Source of the DNA: an uncultured Verrucomicrobiae bacterium
GTDB lineage: Bacteria; Chlamydiota; Chlamydiia; Chlamydiales; Rhabdochlamydiaceae
Assembly: GCA_963806855.1 (NCBI GenBank)
Contig: CAWDYW010000001.1
Coordinates: 416,001-480,000 of the forward strand
Length of the DNA stretch: 64,000 nucleotides
Direction of reading: 5' to 3'
The number at the start of each line of letters is the position of its first letter. Position 1 is the stretch's first letter. A program made the position numbers and the translations under genes. Shown here in pieces: positions 27,862 to 36,969 of the stretch. The notes under the pieces were generated by a model, which was not told the DNA's origin, did no database searches, and saw only the letters and a program-made list of their open reading frames with translations.

Positions 27862-29801
27862 TCTTGTTTAACCTGTTCAATAGCAAATAGATTATTTCCC
27901 TTCTTCGCAAGAGCGAGGGCTTGTTCAAAGTGGGTATTGGATTTGTTGAGGAGCGAGATATTGGACAAGGTGTAAATGTGGTATTCTTTGCTTAAAGCTG
28001 TCAGAGGGATAGCCTTTCTTAGGTATTCTTGAGCCCTGTCTGATAGATTGAGAAAATGGGATATTGTGCATAAGGTGTTATAGAGTTGGATTGTAACAAA
28101 GGGCTCTATAGGCAGCTCAAGCAGCGGCTCAATTTGATTCAGAAGCGAAATGATTTTGGCTTTGGATCGATCCGGTTTCCTCAGTTCTAATTGTAATAAA
28201 TTGCGCAATGTCTCCAGGAGTAGTTGACGATTGTCAATTTTTTCTGAAATTTCAAGTGCATAGAGTAGATGTTTCTGTGCTGCTTTTAGCTCTTTAGCTT
28301 TCCACAGCATCTCTCCCAAGTTGTTCCAACCCACCCAGGCGCTGAGAAGATCTCCCCTTTTCTGCAATATTCGAGTGGCTGATTCGACAGTTAAGCAACT
28401 ATTTTTGAAATTTATTCCCCGAATTCCATCTATAGTCCCCAGCATGCAGCGGGCTTTGCAGATTGTTAATGTCTCTTTGGACTGACTCTGGATAAAGGAG
28501 AAATCGGTATAGGCCTCTTTCCAATTCCCCAGAAAATAGTGGGCAGTGCCACGGTGAAACCTATCTGTAGGGGTGTAGATCTGGTCTTCTTCGATGCATT
28601 CTGAGTAAGCTCCTGTCCGCCAAAGAAAATGGAGGTATGCTGAGGTGTGCGGTTTAAGAAGGGGTTTGGCTAAATCAACCTGCAGATTCTCAATGAAAAT
28701 TTCAGCTAAAACCTCTGCGCTTGGTGGCAATATGTCAAAATAGAAGGATGCACATTTCTCTAAGACTGGCAACGTTGTGGGGTCTTTGGCTAAGGTTTGG
28801 TAGGCAGCGATTAGGAGCCGATCGAACTTTTGGCTATACCCAAAACATTGTTGTGTCATCACAAAGTGGAGCGCAGATTCAACGTGGCCGGGCTGATTTT
28901 CCAATTGCTTCGCCCAGTAAATTTTCGCAAGATCACCTTCAATCGGTACAGCTTCTTCTTCTGCAAGTTCGATGAGCGACGGGTGAGGATGCCAGCTCCC
29001 TTTTTCATAGAAGATGAGACCTAGTTTTTCTAAGGTTTCAGTTTCGACGCCAAAGACTTCGCAAAATAGCTCTTTATCAATGAAAATTCCACAGGAATAG
29101 ACTGAACTAATTGCCTTTTTGAGTTCGGATGTTTCGGTTACGGGGAAAATGTCAATCTTGTCGGTTCCAATATTGTACATTTCAGGCTGATGGAGATCGT
29201 GAAAGGCTAGCTCTTTTTGGATGAGGCTGAGGAGACGAGTGGGAGAGCGGTCGAGTTCACGGATCACCCCCAGAGCTTTGATCAAAGCTGTGGTAAAAAA
29301 GCCATATTGGACGCTCTCGAAAGAGGGGTAAATTCCTGAGGAAAGAAGGCAGAAAAGGGTTCTACTCGAGTCGAGTAATTTTGGATTGAGGATCGTGTTG
29401 AGCCTCAAATGGCAGGCGTCAATGAATAGATAGAGAGCTGTCGTATTCAATTGATATAAGCGCTGGAGAAGAGTTTCCAGATTGACTTCGCCATCTGAAA
29501 AAATGAGAGAGGACTGGTCCTCGATTCGATCTCCATGACCGCAAAAATAGAATAAAAATGGTCCTGACAGTTTTCCCAGTTGGTTAAGGCTTCTCTCAAA
29601 TTGTTCTCGAGTTGGGTCAAGGAGCAAAACGATATTCTTCTCAGGCACACCCCACTGGATAAGCGAGCGAGCCAAATGCTTTGCATCGGCTTTAGCAGCG
29701 GGCAAAGGGGCGAATTGTGGAAATTGAGTGTTAGACACGCCGAGGATCAGAGCAAAAGTAGGCGCGCTAGCGTGAGAGTCCAAAAGCTTGCAATCCTTCA
29801 A
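27840..29801 (-). CDS. Caspase-like (peptidase C14) protease with wHTH-like region and TPRs
   Basis: ALILGV, LPAAKADA, catalytic FYFCGHG and FIDACH, GFFTTAL, QP; TPRs such as WNNLGEMLW. TTG start uncertain. Confidence 0.87.
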   Translation of the reverse strand: MKDCKLLDSHASAPTFALILGVSNTQFPQFAPLPAAKADAKHLARSLIQWGVPEKNIVLLLDPTREQFERSLNQLGKLSGPFLFYFCGHGDRIEDQSSLIFSDGEVNLETLLQRLYQLNTTALYLFIDACHLRLNTILNPKLLDSSRTLFCLLSSGIYPSFESVQYGFFTTALIKALGVIRELDRSPTRLLSLIQKELAFHDLHQPEMYNIGTDKIDIFPVTETSELKKAISSVYSCGIFIDKELFCEVFGVETETLEKLGLIFYEKGSWHPHPSLIELAEEEAVPIEGDLAKIYWAKQLENQPGHVESALHFVMTQQCFGYSQKFDRLLIAAYQTLAKDPTTLPVLEKCASFYFDILPPSAEVLAEIFIENLQVDLAKPLLKPHTSAYLHFLWRTGAYSECIEEDQIYTPTDRFHRGTAHYFLGNWKEAYTDFSFIQSQSKETLTICKARCMLGTIDGIRGINFKNSCLTVESATRILQKRGDLLSAWVGWNNLGEMLWKAKELKAAQKHLLYALEISEKIDNRQLLLETLRNLLQLELRKPDRSKAKIISLLNQIEPLLELPIEPFVTIQLYNTLCTISHFLNLSDRAQEYLRKAIPLTALSKEYHIYTLSNISLLNKSNTHFEQALALAKKGNNLFAIEQVKQDHLLRAF

Positions 29802-30171
29802 AGAATGAATCTAGAAACATTTTCTGCTGATCTTTTGGAAATTTAAGAGCCAGTTCATAGATTTTAGAGACGAATTTGCCCTTGCTTTTGGGATCCAGGG
29901 GTAGCTGTTTTTCCTCAACGAGGATGACAATCTCATTTAGTAGATCGATATGCTTTTCATTAGAGGGTGCCTGTTCAAAGAATGTCTCTACCGGTGTGTC
30001 GAGAGCTTTAGAAACTTTCAGCAGGTAATCGATCGTCAGGCTTCGTTTGCCTCGTTCAATCCTTCCTACTTTTTGATGATCTTCGCCAATTTTCTCTGCT
30101 AAGTTATTTACCGTAAGACCGCGTGCTTGTCGAATATCCCGAATTTTAGTGTAGATGTTTTTCTCTTCCAT
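29767..30171 (-). CDS. XRE-family HTH transcriptional regulator
   Basis: IRDIRQARGLTVNNLAEKIG...VGRIERGKR HTH_3 pattern. Confidence 0.9.
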   Translation of the reverse strand: MEEKNIYTKIRDIRQARGLTVNNLAEKIGEDHQKVGRIERGKRSLTIDYLLKVSKALDTPVETFFEQAPSNEKHIDLLNEIVILVEEKQLPLDPKSKGKFVSKIYELALKFPKDQQKMFLDSFFEGLQAFGLSR

Positions 30172-30177
30172 AGATCT

Positions 30178-30876
30178 TTAGGTGAATAGTGCTTCTTTCT
30201 CGTTCTCTTCCATTTCGCGATAGGTCCCTTCAGCGATATTGCCAAGCGAAAGGCCGCCGATGCGAATGCGGGAGAGGGTGACAATGTCGAGTCCTGCTTT
30301 TTGCACAAAGACCCGTACCTCACGCTTGCGTCCCTCTTTGACGATCACCTTGATAGTGCCGCGCCGCACTTTTTTGACTGAGATGGGGCGGACGAAGACT
30401 CCGTCGACAAAGGCCCCTTTAGAAATCGCAACTAAATGATCGTGAGAGATTTCTTGTACGGTTTTGACCAAGTACTCTTTTTCGATATTGGCATTGGGGT
30501 GAATCACACGCTGGGCAAAGTGGCCATCATTGGTGACGATAAGTAAGCCGGTGGTATCCCGATCGAGCCGGCCGACGGTGAAGAGCCGCTTGTCTCGAGG
30601 AAAGAGGTCGATCACTATTTTTTTGCGCTCCATCGGTTTATTGCTGCAGATGAAGCCGTAAGGTTTGTGGAGGATGTAATAAATCTTATTTTGCTCTTCG
30701 TGAATGCGCTGATCTTCTACCCGGACGTCATCTTGTACAAGATCAACATGGGTTTCAGGTTTGAGGATGATCGCCCCATTGACTGTCACTTTGCCATCGA
30801 ATATCAGCTCTTCACAGGCGCGGCGGGAGGCAACTCCGGCGGCAGCTAAGACTTTGCTTAAACGCTTTTTTTCCAT
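30178..30876 (-). CDS. rluB: rRNA pseudouridine synthase (RsuA/RluB family)
   Basis: S4 domain RLSKVLAAAGVASRR; catalytic GRLDRDTTGL. Confidence 0.9.
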   Translation of the reverse strand: MEKKRLSKVLAAAGVASRRACEELIFDGKVTVNGAIILKPETHVDLVQDDVRVEDQRIHEEQNKIYYILHKPYGFICSNKPMERKKIVIDLFPRDKRLFTVGRLDRDTTGLLIVTNDGHFAQRVIHPNANIEKEYLVKTVQEISHDHLVAISKGAFVDGVFVRPISVKKVRRGTIKVIVKEGRKREVRVFVQKAGLDIVTLSRIRIGGLSLGNIAEGTYREMEENEKEALFT

Positions 30877-30933
30877 GCGAGAAGAATACAGGATTCTCGA
30901 GTAAAATTCAAGTGCTGTAAGTTATTATTTTGA

Positions 30934-30962
30934 TAGACAAAAATTATTTTTTTAACTATAAT
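30934..30962 (+). promoter_or_regulatory. Sigma66/70-like promoter of the Fic array
   Basis: TAGACA-N17-TATAAT. Confidence 0.65.
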
Positions 30963-30993
30963 ATTGGGAAAATTAAATAATCTTAGGAAAATA

Positions 30994-32313
30994 ATGTCTA
31001 ATATTTACTTAACTCCTATTAGTTACGCTGCTGGCGCAATTACTGCCGCATACGGTGCCTATTCGTATTGTACTGCTAAAGGGAAGCATAAGAAACAACA
31101 AATGGATACGGCTAAGAGGGTCATCGCTGTTGGCTTAGGCCTTTTGGCGGTGGGAGCGGCTCTTCAGTACTTTGGGAAAATTCAGGGGGTCAAGATTGAC
31201 ACTCCTACCCCTCAAATTGAGCCTAAAATCCTAGAGCCTATTCCTGAAGAGTATCTTAAGCCTTATGTCGAGTCATTGAAGGGGAGAGCCCTTCCTAAAA
31301 CTGGCGCGCCCATCACCCAATTTCCTCCCCATCTATCCAAATTTCCACATCCAGGATTGCTAACCACGAAAGAGGGTGGAATCTGTGTGCTCGAAGATAT
31401 GGATGAGCTGCCCCCATTGGACGAGTGTCAGGAAACCTTTACGCTGCTTATCAAACAAATCAAAAGGAATATGCCAGATGTCTACGCCGACGGAACGAGC
31501 CATTCAAGTCGTTGGGGTAAAGGATATGGGCTTGTGATCGATAATGTTGGATATAAGAGATTTAACTTTGGAATGGATAAAACAATAGTAGACAACTATG
31601 GAAAAGGGCTTAAAACGGCTGAGCGTCTCTTTCTTCAAGATCCAGATTTTGCAAACGCTTCAGAAAGTTCGATTGTTGATTCTATTAAAGAGCTTCATCG
31701 GACTTTTGCCGAGAATGTGAAGCACAAAGAACCAGGTCTCAAGATCAATCCTGGTGTCTTCCGAACAAAAGAGCTATTAGTTGGTGATGACAAGATGGAA
31801 TTGAGCCTAGATGGAATGAGACAAGCTTTAAAAGAGAACAATGGGGAGGCGGCTGATTTTGCTAATTTGGAATCGTGGTTTGCAAAAATTGAAAGATATG
31901 GAGAAGCGGTAAAGTCCTATTCTACTCCTGAAGAAATTGCAACAGTGAAGAAAGTTGTCCATCTGCCCATCGATTCTAAAGAAGTTCCCTCTGCAATGCT
32001 AGGGTTAGCTAAGAAATTAAAGGAGATCTATTCTTTAGTCAAAAATCAGATCGTTCATCCTATTGCTCCAGCAGCGTGGGTCCATCAAGAATGCGGGGAT
32101 ATTCATGCCTTTAGTGATATCAACGGAAGAGTGTGCCGTACACTCGCAAATGTTGTCTTTCAATGGGGCGGGGTCAAAGGGATCGTATTTCCCAAAGACG
32201 CACTTTATACTGCAGCAATCAAGGCAGATCAAAAATCTGCGGGCTCTTTGGTAGGCTATTTTGTTGATGTGATCAATTGGAATGCCGAGCAGCAGAAAGC
32301 GCTTAATTCATAA
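30994..32313 (+). CDS. Membrane-anchored Fic-domain protein 1
   Basis: Two N-terminal hydrophobic helices; PGVFR; motif HAFSDINGRVCR. Likely start ATG 30994. Confidence 0.85.
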   Translation: MSNIYLTPISYAAGAITAAYGAYSYCTAKGKHKKQQMDTAKRVIAVGLGLLAVGAALQYFGKIQGVKIDTPTPQIEPKILEPIPEEYLKPYVESLKGRALPKTGAPITQFPPHLSKFPHPGLLTTKEGGICVLEDMDELPPLDECQETFTLLIKQIKRNMPDVYADGTSHSSRWGKGYGLVIDNVGYKRFNFGMDKTIVDNYGKGLKTAERLFLQDPDFANASESSIVDSIKELHRTFAENVKHKEPGLKINPGVFRTKELLVGDDKMELSLDGMRQALKENNGEAADFANLESWFAKIERYGEAVKSYSTPEEIATVKKVVHLPIDSKEVPSAMLGLAKKLKEIYSLVKNQIVHPIAPAAWVHQECGDIHAFSDINGRVCRTLANVVFQWGGVKGIVFPKDALYTAAIKADQKSAGSLVGYFVDVINWNAEQQKALNS

Positions 32314-32322
32314 GAGGATATT

Positions 32323-33579
32323 ATGACACAGCTTAGTTCAATAACTTTCGCTGCAGGGGCGATTGCTACCGCATACGGCGCCTATTCTTATTGCAGCGCT
32401 AAAGGGAAGGGCAAGACACAACAAAGGGAAACGGCTAAGAGGGTCATCGCTGTTGGCTTAGGGTTATTGGCAGCCGGAGCAGCTATTCAATACTTTGGGA
32501 AAGCGGATACTCCAGACTATCTTAAGCCCTATGTCGAATCATTGAAGGGGAGATCTCTTCCCAAAACTGGCGCGCCCATTACTGAATTTCCTCCCTACCT
32601 ATCTAAATTTCCACATCCGGGATTCCTCGCCACGAAAGAGGGTGGAATCTGTGTTTTTGAGGATATTGATGAGCTGCCCCCATTGGACGAGTGCCAGGAA
32701 AGCTTTACGACACTGATCGCAGATATCAAAAGGGATATGCCAGATGTCTATGCCGAAGGAACGCGCCATTCAATTCGTTGGGGTAAAGGATATGGGATTC
32801 TGACGCATGACTCTGGTTATAATAGATTTAACTTTGGAATGGATAAAACGATCGTAGACAACTATGGAAAAGGGCTTAAAACGGCTGAGCATCTCTTTCT
32901 TCAAGATCCTGATTTTGCAAACGCTTCAGAAAGTTCGATTGTTGATTCTGTTAAAGAGCTTCATCGAACCTTTGCCCAGAATGTGAAGCACGAAATGCCA
33001 TATGTCAAGATCAATCCTGGGATTTTCCGGACAGAAGAGGTCTTTATCGGTAATGGCAAGATGGAATTTAACCAAGAAGCAATGACACAAGCTTTGAAAG
33101 AGAACAATGGATCAGAAGCCGATTTTGCTAATTTGAAATCGTGGATTGCAAAAGTCCGGAAATATGGAATTGAAGCGGCAAAGCCTTATAATACTCCTGA
33201 AGAAATTGCAACAGTTAAGAAAATTGCCTATATGCCCATCGACTTTGAACAAATTCCTTCTGCGATGCTAAGGTTAGCTAAAAAATTAAAGGAGATCTAT
33301 TCTTTAGTCACAAATCAGATCGTTCATCCTATTGCTCCAGCAGCGTGGGTCCATCAAGAATGCGGGGAGATTCATCCCTTTAAGGATATCAATGGAAGGG
33401 TGTGCCGTACACTCGCAAATGATGTCTTGCAATGGGGCGGAATCAAGGGGATCGTATTTCCGAAAGATGCTCTTTATACTGCTGCGATCAAGGCAGATCA
33501 AAAATCTATTGGGTCTTTTGCAAAGTATTTGGTCGATGTGATCAATTGGAATACCGACCAGAAAGCATTTAATTCATAA
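32323..33579 (+). CDS. Membrane-anchored Fic-domain protein 2
   Basis: Paralog; motif HPFKDINGRVCR. Confidence 0.87.
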   Translation: MTQLSSITFAAGAIATAYGAYSYCSAKGKGKTQQRETAKRVIAVGLGLLAAGAAIQYFGKADTPDYLKPYVESLKGRSLPKTGAPITEFPPYLSKFPHPGFLATKEGGICVFEDIDELPPLDECQESFTTLIADIKRDMPDVYAEGTRHSIRWGKGYGILTHDSGYNRFNFGMDKTIVDNYGKGLKTAEHLFLQDPDFANASESSIVDSVKELHRTFAQNVKHEMPYVKINPGIFRTEEVFIGNGKMEFNQEAMTQALKENNGSEADFANLKSWIAKVRKYGIEAAKPYNTPEEIATVKKIAYMPIDFEQIPSAMLRLAKKLKEIYSLVTNQIVHPIAPAAWVHQECGEIHPFKDINGRVCRTLANDVLQWGGIKGIVFPKDALYTAAIKADQKSIGSFAKYLVDVINWNTDQKAFNS

Positions 33580-33588
33580 GGAGACATT

Positions 33589-34917
33589 ATGACACAGCTT
33601 AGTTCAATTACTTTCGCTGCCGGGGCGATTACTAGCGCATATGGCGCCTATTCTTATTGTACTGCCAAGGGAAAGCAAAAAAATAAGCAAAAAGAAAGTG
33701 CCAAGCGAGTGATGGCAGTTGGTTTGGGCCTTTTGGCAGTGGGAGCGGCTCTTCACTACTTTGGGAATACTCAAGTGAAGCTAGAGAAGTCAAAAAGCAC
33801 TCATATTGACACTGAAATTCTAGATCCTAATCAAGAAAACATTGCTCCAGACTATCTTAAGCCCTATGTCAATGCATTGAAGGGTAGAGCTGTTCCTAAA
33901 ACAGGGGCGCCCCTCACCAAATTTCCTTCCCATCTAGCCAAATTTCCCCATGCAGGACTCCTCGCCACGAAAGATGGCGGGATCTGTGTGATCGATGACA
34001 TCGATCAATTGCCACCATTGGAAGAGTGTGAGCAAAGGTTATCCCCATTTGTCAAAAAAATCCAATGGAGCAACCCAGAGAGGTATGCCGCAGCAACGGC
34101 GCACACAAATCGGTGGGGTAAGGGATATGAATTTATGATCCAACGTTCCGGTTATAACAGATTTACCTTTGGAATGGATAAAACTATAGTAACCAATTAC
34201 CAAGAGGGCCTTAAAACAGTCGAGCGTGAATTCCTTCAAGATCCTGATTTTGCAAACGCTTCAGAAAGTTCCATCGTCGATTCAATCAAAGAGATTCATA
34301 AAACATTTGCCAAGAACGTGAAGCACAAAGATCCTGGAAGCTCTATCAATCCCGGAGTCTTCCGAGAAATAGGGATGTTGATCAGTGATGAAAAGACCGA
34401 AAGGAGCTTAGAAGGATTTAAGAAAGTCTTGAAAGAAAGAAATGGATCAGAAATGGACTTTGCTAACTTGAACTCGTGGTTTGTAAAAAACAAAAAATAT
34501 GGATCCATTGAAGCGGCAAGCCCCCATCACACTCCTGAAGAAATTGCAACTCTGAAGAAAATTGTCCACGTAGCAATAGATTTTGATAAAGTTCCTTCAG
34601 CGATGCTCGGGTTCGCTAAAAGATTGAAGGAGATTTATTCTTTGGTCACAAATAAGATTGTTCATCCGATTGCTCCAGCTGCATGGGCCCATCAAGAGTG
34701 CGGTGATATTCATGCCTTCCTTGATATCAATGGAAGGGTATGTCGGTCAGTCGCAAATAGTATTTTGGAATGGGGCGGGATCAAAGGGGTCGTATTCCCC
34801 CAGGAACAGTCTTATACTGCTGCGGTCCAGGCGGATCAAAAATCTCCGGGCTCTTTGGCAGGCTATTTTGTTGATGTGATCAATTGGAATGCCATGCAGA
34901 ACGCATTTAATTCATAA
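33589..34917 (+). CDS. Membrane-anchored Fic-domain protein 3
   Basis: Paralog; motif HAFLDINGRVCR. Confidence 0.85.
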   Translation: MTQLSSITFAAGAITSAYGAYSYCTAKGKQKNKQKESAKRVMAVGLGLLAVGAALHYFGNTQVKLEKSKSTHIDTEILDPNQENIAPDYLKPYVNALKGRAVPKTGAPLTKFPSHLAKFPHAGLLATKDGGICVIDDIDQLPPLEECEQRLSPFVKKIQWSNPERYAAATAHTNRWGKGYEFMIQRSGYNRFTFGMDKTIVTNYQEGLKTVEREFLQDPDFANASESSIVDSIKEIHKTFAKNVKHKDPGSSINPGVFREIGMLISDEKTERSLEGFKKVLKERNGSEMDFANLNSWFVKNKKYGSIEAASPHHTPEEIATLKKIVHVAIDFDKVPSAMLGFAKRLKEIYSLVTNKIVHPIAPAAWAHQECGDIHAFLDINGRVCRSVANSILEWGGIKGVVFPQEQSYTAAVQADQKSPGSLAGYFVDVINWNAMQNAFNS

Positions 34918-34926
34918 GGGGATATC

Positions 34927-36243
34927 GTGACACAGCTTAGTTCAATTACTTTTGCCGCCGGGGCGATTACCACCGCTTACGGGGCTTATTCCTATGCGAC
35001 TGTGAAAGGCAAAAAGAGGCATGTAGAAGAGCAAAGAGCAAAGGCCATGAAAGTCATGGCGGTTGGAGTAGGACTTTTGAGTGTAGGAGCCGCTCTGTAT
35101 TTCTATGGGAGAGGCCCAGTTCCTCAATTAGAGGAGCAAATCCTAGATGCTGAGCACGAAAAGAATGCTCCTGAGTATCTCAAGCCTTATGTCAACAGAT
35201 TGCTGGGCAAGGCTGTACCGAAAGCTGGCAATGCGATCACTAAGTTTCCTCCTCATCTCTATAAATTTCCTCATTCAGGGTATTTGACGACGAAAGAGGG
35301 ATGGAATTGTAAGCTTCCCTTTAATGTCCCCCCATTAGAAGAATGTCACGACGCCTGGGCTCCCCGTGTAGAAGAACTGAAAATTGAGCAGCCGAGCGCA
35401 TATGCATTGGCTACTATGGATCATGAGAGCCGTTGGGCTAAGGGCCGTCTCCTCGTCACTGCGGTCCAGTCGAAATTTAAGGAATTTGGTTTAGGAATGG
35501 ATAAAACCATCCCGACCAGTTACGCCAGAGGGTTAAAGTTAGCTGAGGGTCTTTTTCTTCAAGACCCTCATTTTGAAAGTCAATCAGAGCGTTCGATAGT
35601 CGACTCGATCAAAGAGGTTCATCGGGTTATGGTCGAGAATGTAAAACACAAAAATCCTTCTCTTGAAATGGGGGGAGGAATCTTCCGAAGTGAAAATGCG
35701 GTGATTGCCGATGATAGGATGCATAATTGGAGCGAAGAAGGGTTTAAAAAATATCTAAAAGCTCATGGTGGATTAGAGTCTGAATATAAACATGTCGATT
35801 CTTGGTTTGAAAAAGTGGATAGATATGATGGCGCAGTTCCTCCATATGACGAGATGAGCGCAGAAGAAATGGCGACAATAAAGAAAATTGTCCATTTGCC
35901 GATGGAACATACTCAGATTCCTGCTGGGATGCTCGATTTCGCAAAGAAATTAAAAGAGATTTATTCACTGGTAAAAAGGAAGCTCCTTCATCCTATCCCC
36001 GCCGCGGCGTGGACCCATCAGCAATGCGGGGAAATTCACCCCTTTAATGATGGAAATGGACGGATATGCCGTGCTTTGCAAAATGTGGTCTTGCAATGGG
36101 GAGGTATCAAAGGGGTCGTGATATCAGATGATCCTATTTATACTCACTTTATTAAGGAAGATAACAAGCTCGCAGGAATTTTCTCAGAGTATTTAGACAA
36201 GACGATCAGATGGAATGCCATGCAGAAAGCATTTAATTCATAA
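34927..36243 (+). CDS. Membrane-anchored Fic-domain protein 4
   Basis: Paralog; canonical motif HPFNDGNGRICR; GTG start. Confidence 0.88.
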   Translation: MTQLSSITFAAGAITTAYGAYSYATVKGKKRHVEEQRAKAMKVMAVGVGLLSVGAALYFYGRGPVPQLEEQILDAEHEKNAPEYLKPYVNRLLGKAVPKAGNAITKFPPHLYKFPHSGYLTTKEGWNCKLPFNVPPLEECHDAWAPRVEELKIEQPSAYALATMDHESRWAKGRLLVTAVQSKFKEFGLGMDKTIPTSYARGLKLAEGLFLQDPHFESQSERSIVDSIKEVHRVMVENVKHKNPSLEMGGGIFRSENAVIADDRMHNWSEEGFKKYLKAHGGLESEYKHVDSWFEKVDRYDGAVPPYDEMSAEEMATIKKIVHLPMEHTQIPAGMLDFAKKLKEIYSLVKRKLLHPIPAAAWTHQQCGEIHPFNDGNGRICRALQNVVLQWGGIKGVVISDDPIYTHFIKEDNKLAGIFSEYLDKTIRWNAMQKAFNS

Positions 36244-36285
36244 GCGCATATCGGGTATCATATAGTCTATACAGGAGAAATTGGG

Positions 36286-36969
36286 ATGCCAACTAAACTT
36301 ATTCTTTTACGCCATGGCCAATCGGAATGGAACAAGCACAACCTTTTCACTGGGTGGGTCGACATCCCGCTGAGCTGGGAAGGAGTGCAAGAGGCGATTG
36401 CGGCGGGTAAGAAAATCGCCGATATCCCGATCGATGTGATCTTCATTTCCACTTTGACCCGGGCCCAGATGACCGCCATGATCGCGATGAGTGTGCATAA
36501 AGGGGGCAAGGTCCCGGTGATCCTCCATCCAGGTGAAGGGAAGCTGGAAGAGTGGGCCAAGATCCACAATCCGAAGGCAGAAAAGCTGACGATTCCTGTG
36601 ATCCGGGCTTGGGAACTCAATGAGCGGTATTATGGCGATCTGCAAGGTTTGAATAAGCGGGAGACGATGGATAAGTACGGCGAAGATCAGGTCCATATTT
36701 GGCGCAGAAGCTATGACGTGCCCCCTCCTCATGGAGAATGTTTGGCCGATACTGCCGCGCGGGCGATTCCTTACTTCGAAAAAAATGTCCTCCCAATACT
36801 TAAAGAGGGAAAAAATGTCTTCATCGCTGCCCATGGCAATTCGCTCCGGGCGATCATCATGAAGCTCGATAACATGACCAAAGAAGAGATCCTCAATTTC
36901 GAGCTGGCGACAGGTCTGCCGGTTATTTATGAGTATCAAAATGGGAGATTAACGCGGGTCGATGGCTGA
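36286..36969 (+). CDS. gpmA: 2,3-bisphosphoglycerate-dependent phosphoglycerate mutase
   Basis: LLRHGQSEWN, FTGWVD, LNERYYGDLQG and AAHGNSLR. Confidence 0.97.
   Translation: MPTKLILLRHGQSEWNKHNLFTGWVDIPLSWEGVQEAIAAGKKIADIPIDVIFISTLTRAQMTAMIAMSVHKGGKVPVILHPGEGKLEEWAKIHNPKAEKLTIPVIRAWELNERYYGDLQGLNKRETMDKYGEDQVHIWRRSYDVPPPHGECLADTAARAIPYFEKNVLPILKEGKNVFIAAHGNSLRAIIMKLDNMTKEEILNFELATGLPVIYEYQNGRLTRVDG

Noticed and set aside
29767..29801. XRE-caspase fusion broken by a frameshift
   Set aside because: The 35-nt overlap is explained by plausible TTG starts (29801 or 29783, the latter with AAGGA upstream); nothing in the sequence supports a fusion.
18873..30171. Prophage or integrative element
   Set aside because: No integrase, transposase, tRNA target or flanking direct repeats were recognised.
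36307..36939. 210-aa - strand ORF
   Set aside because: Antisense shadow of gpmA.
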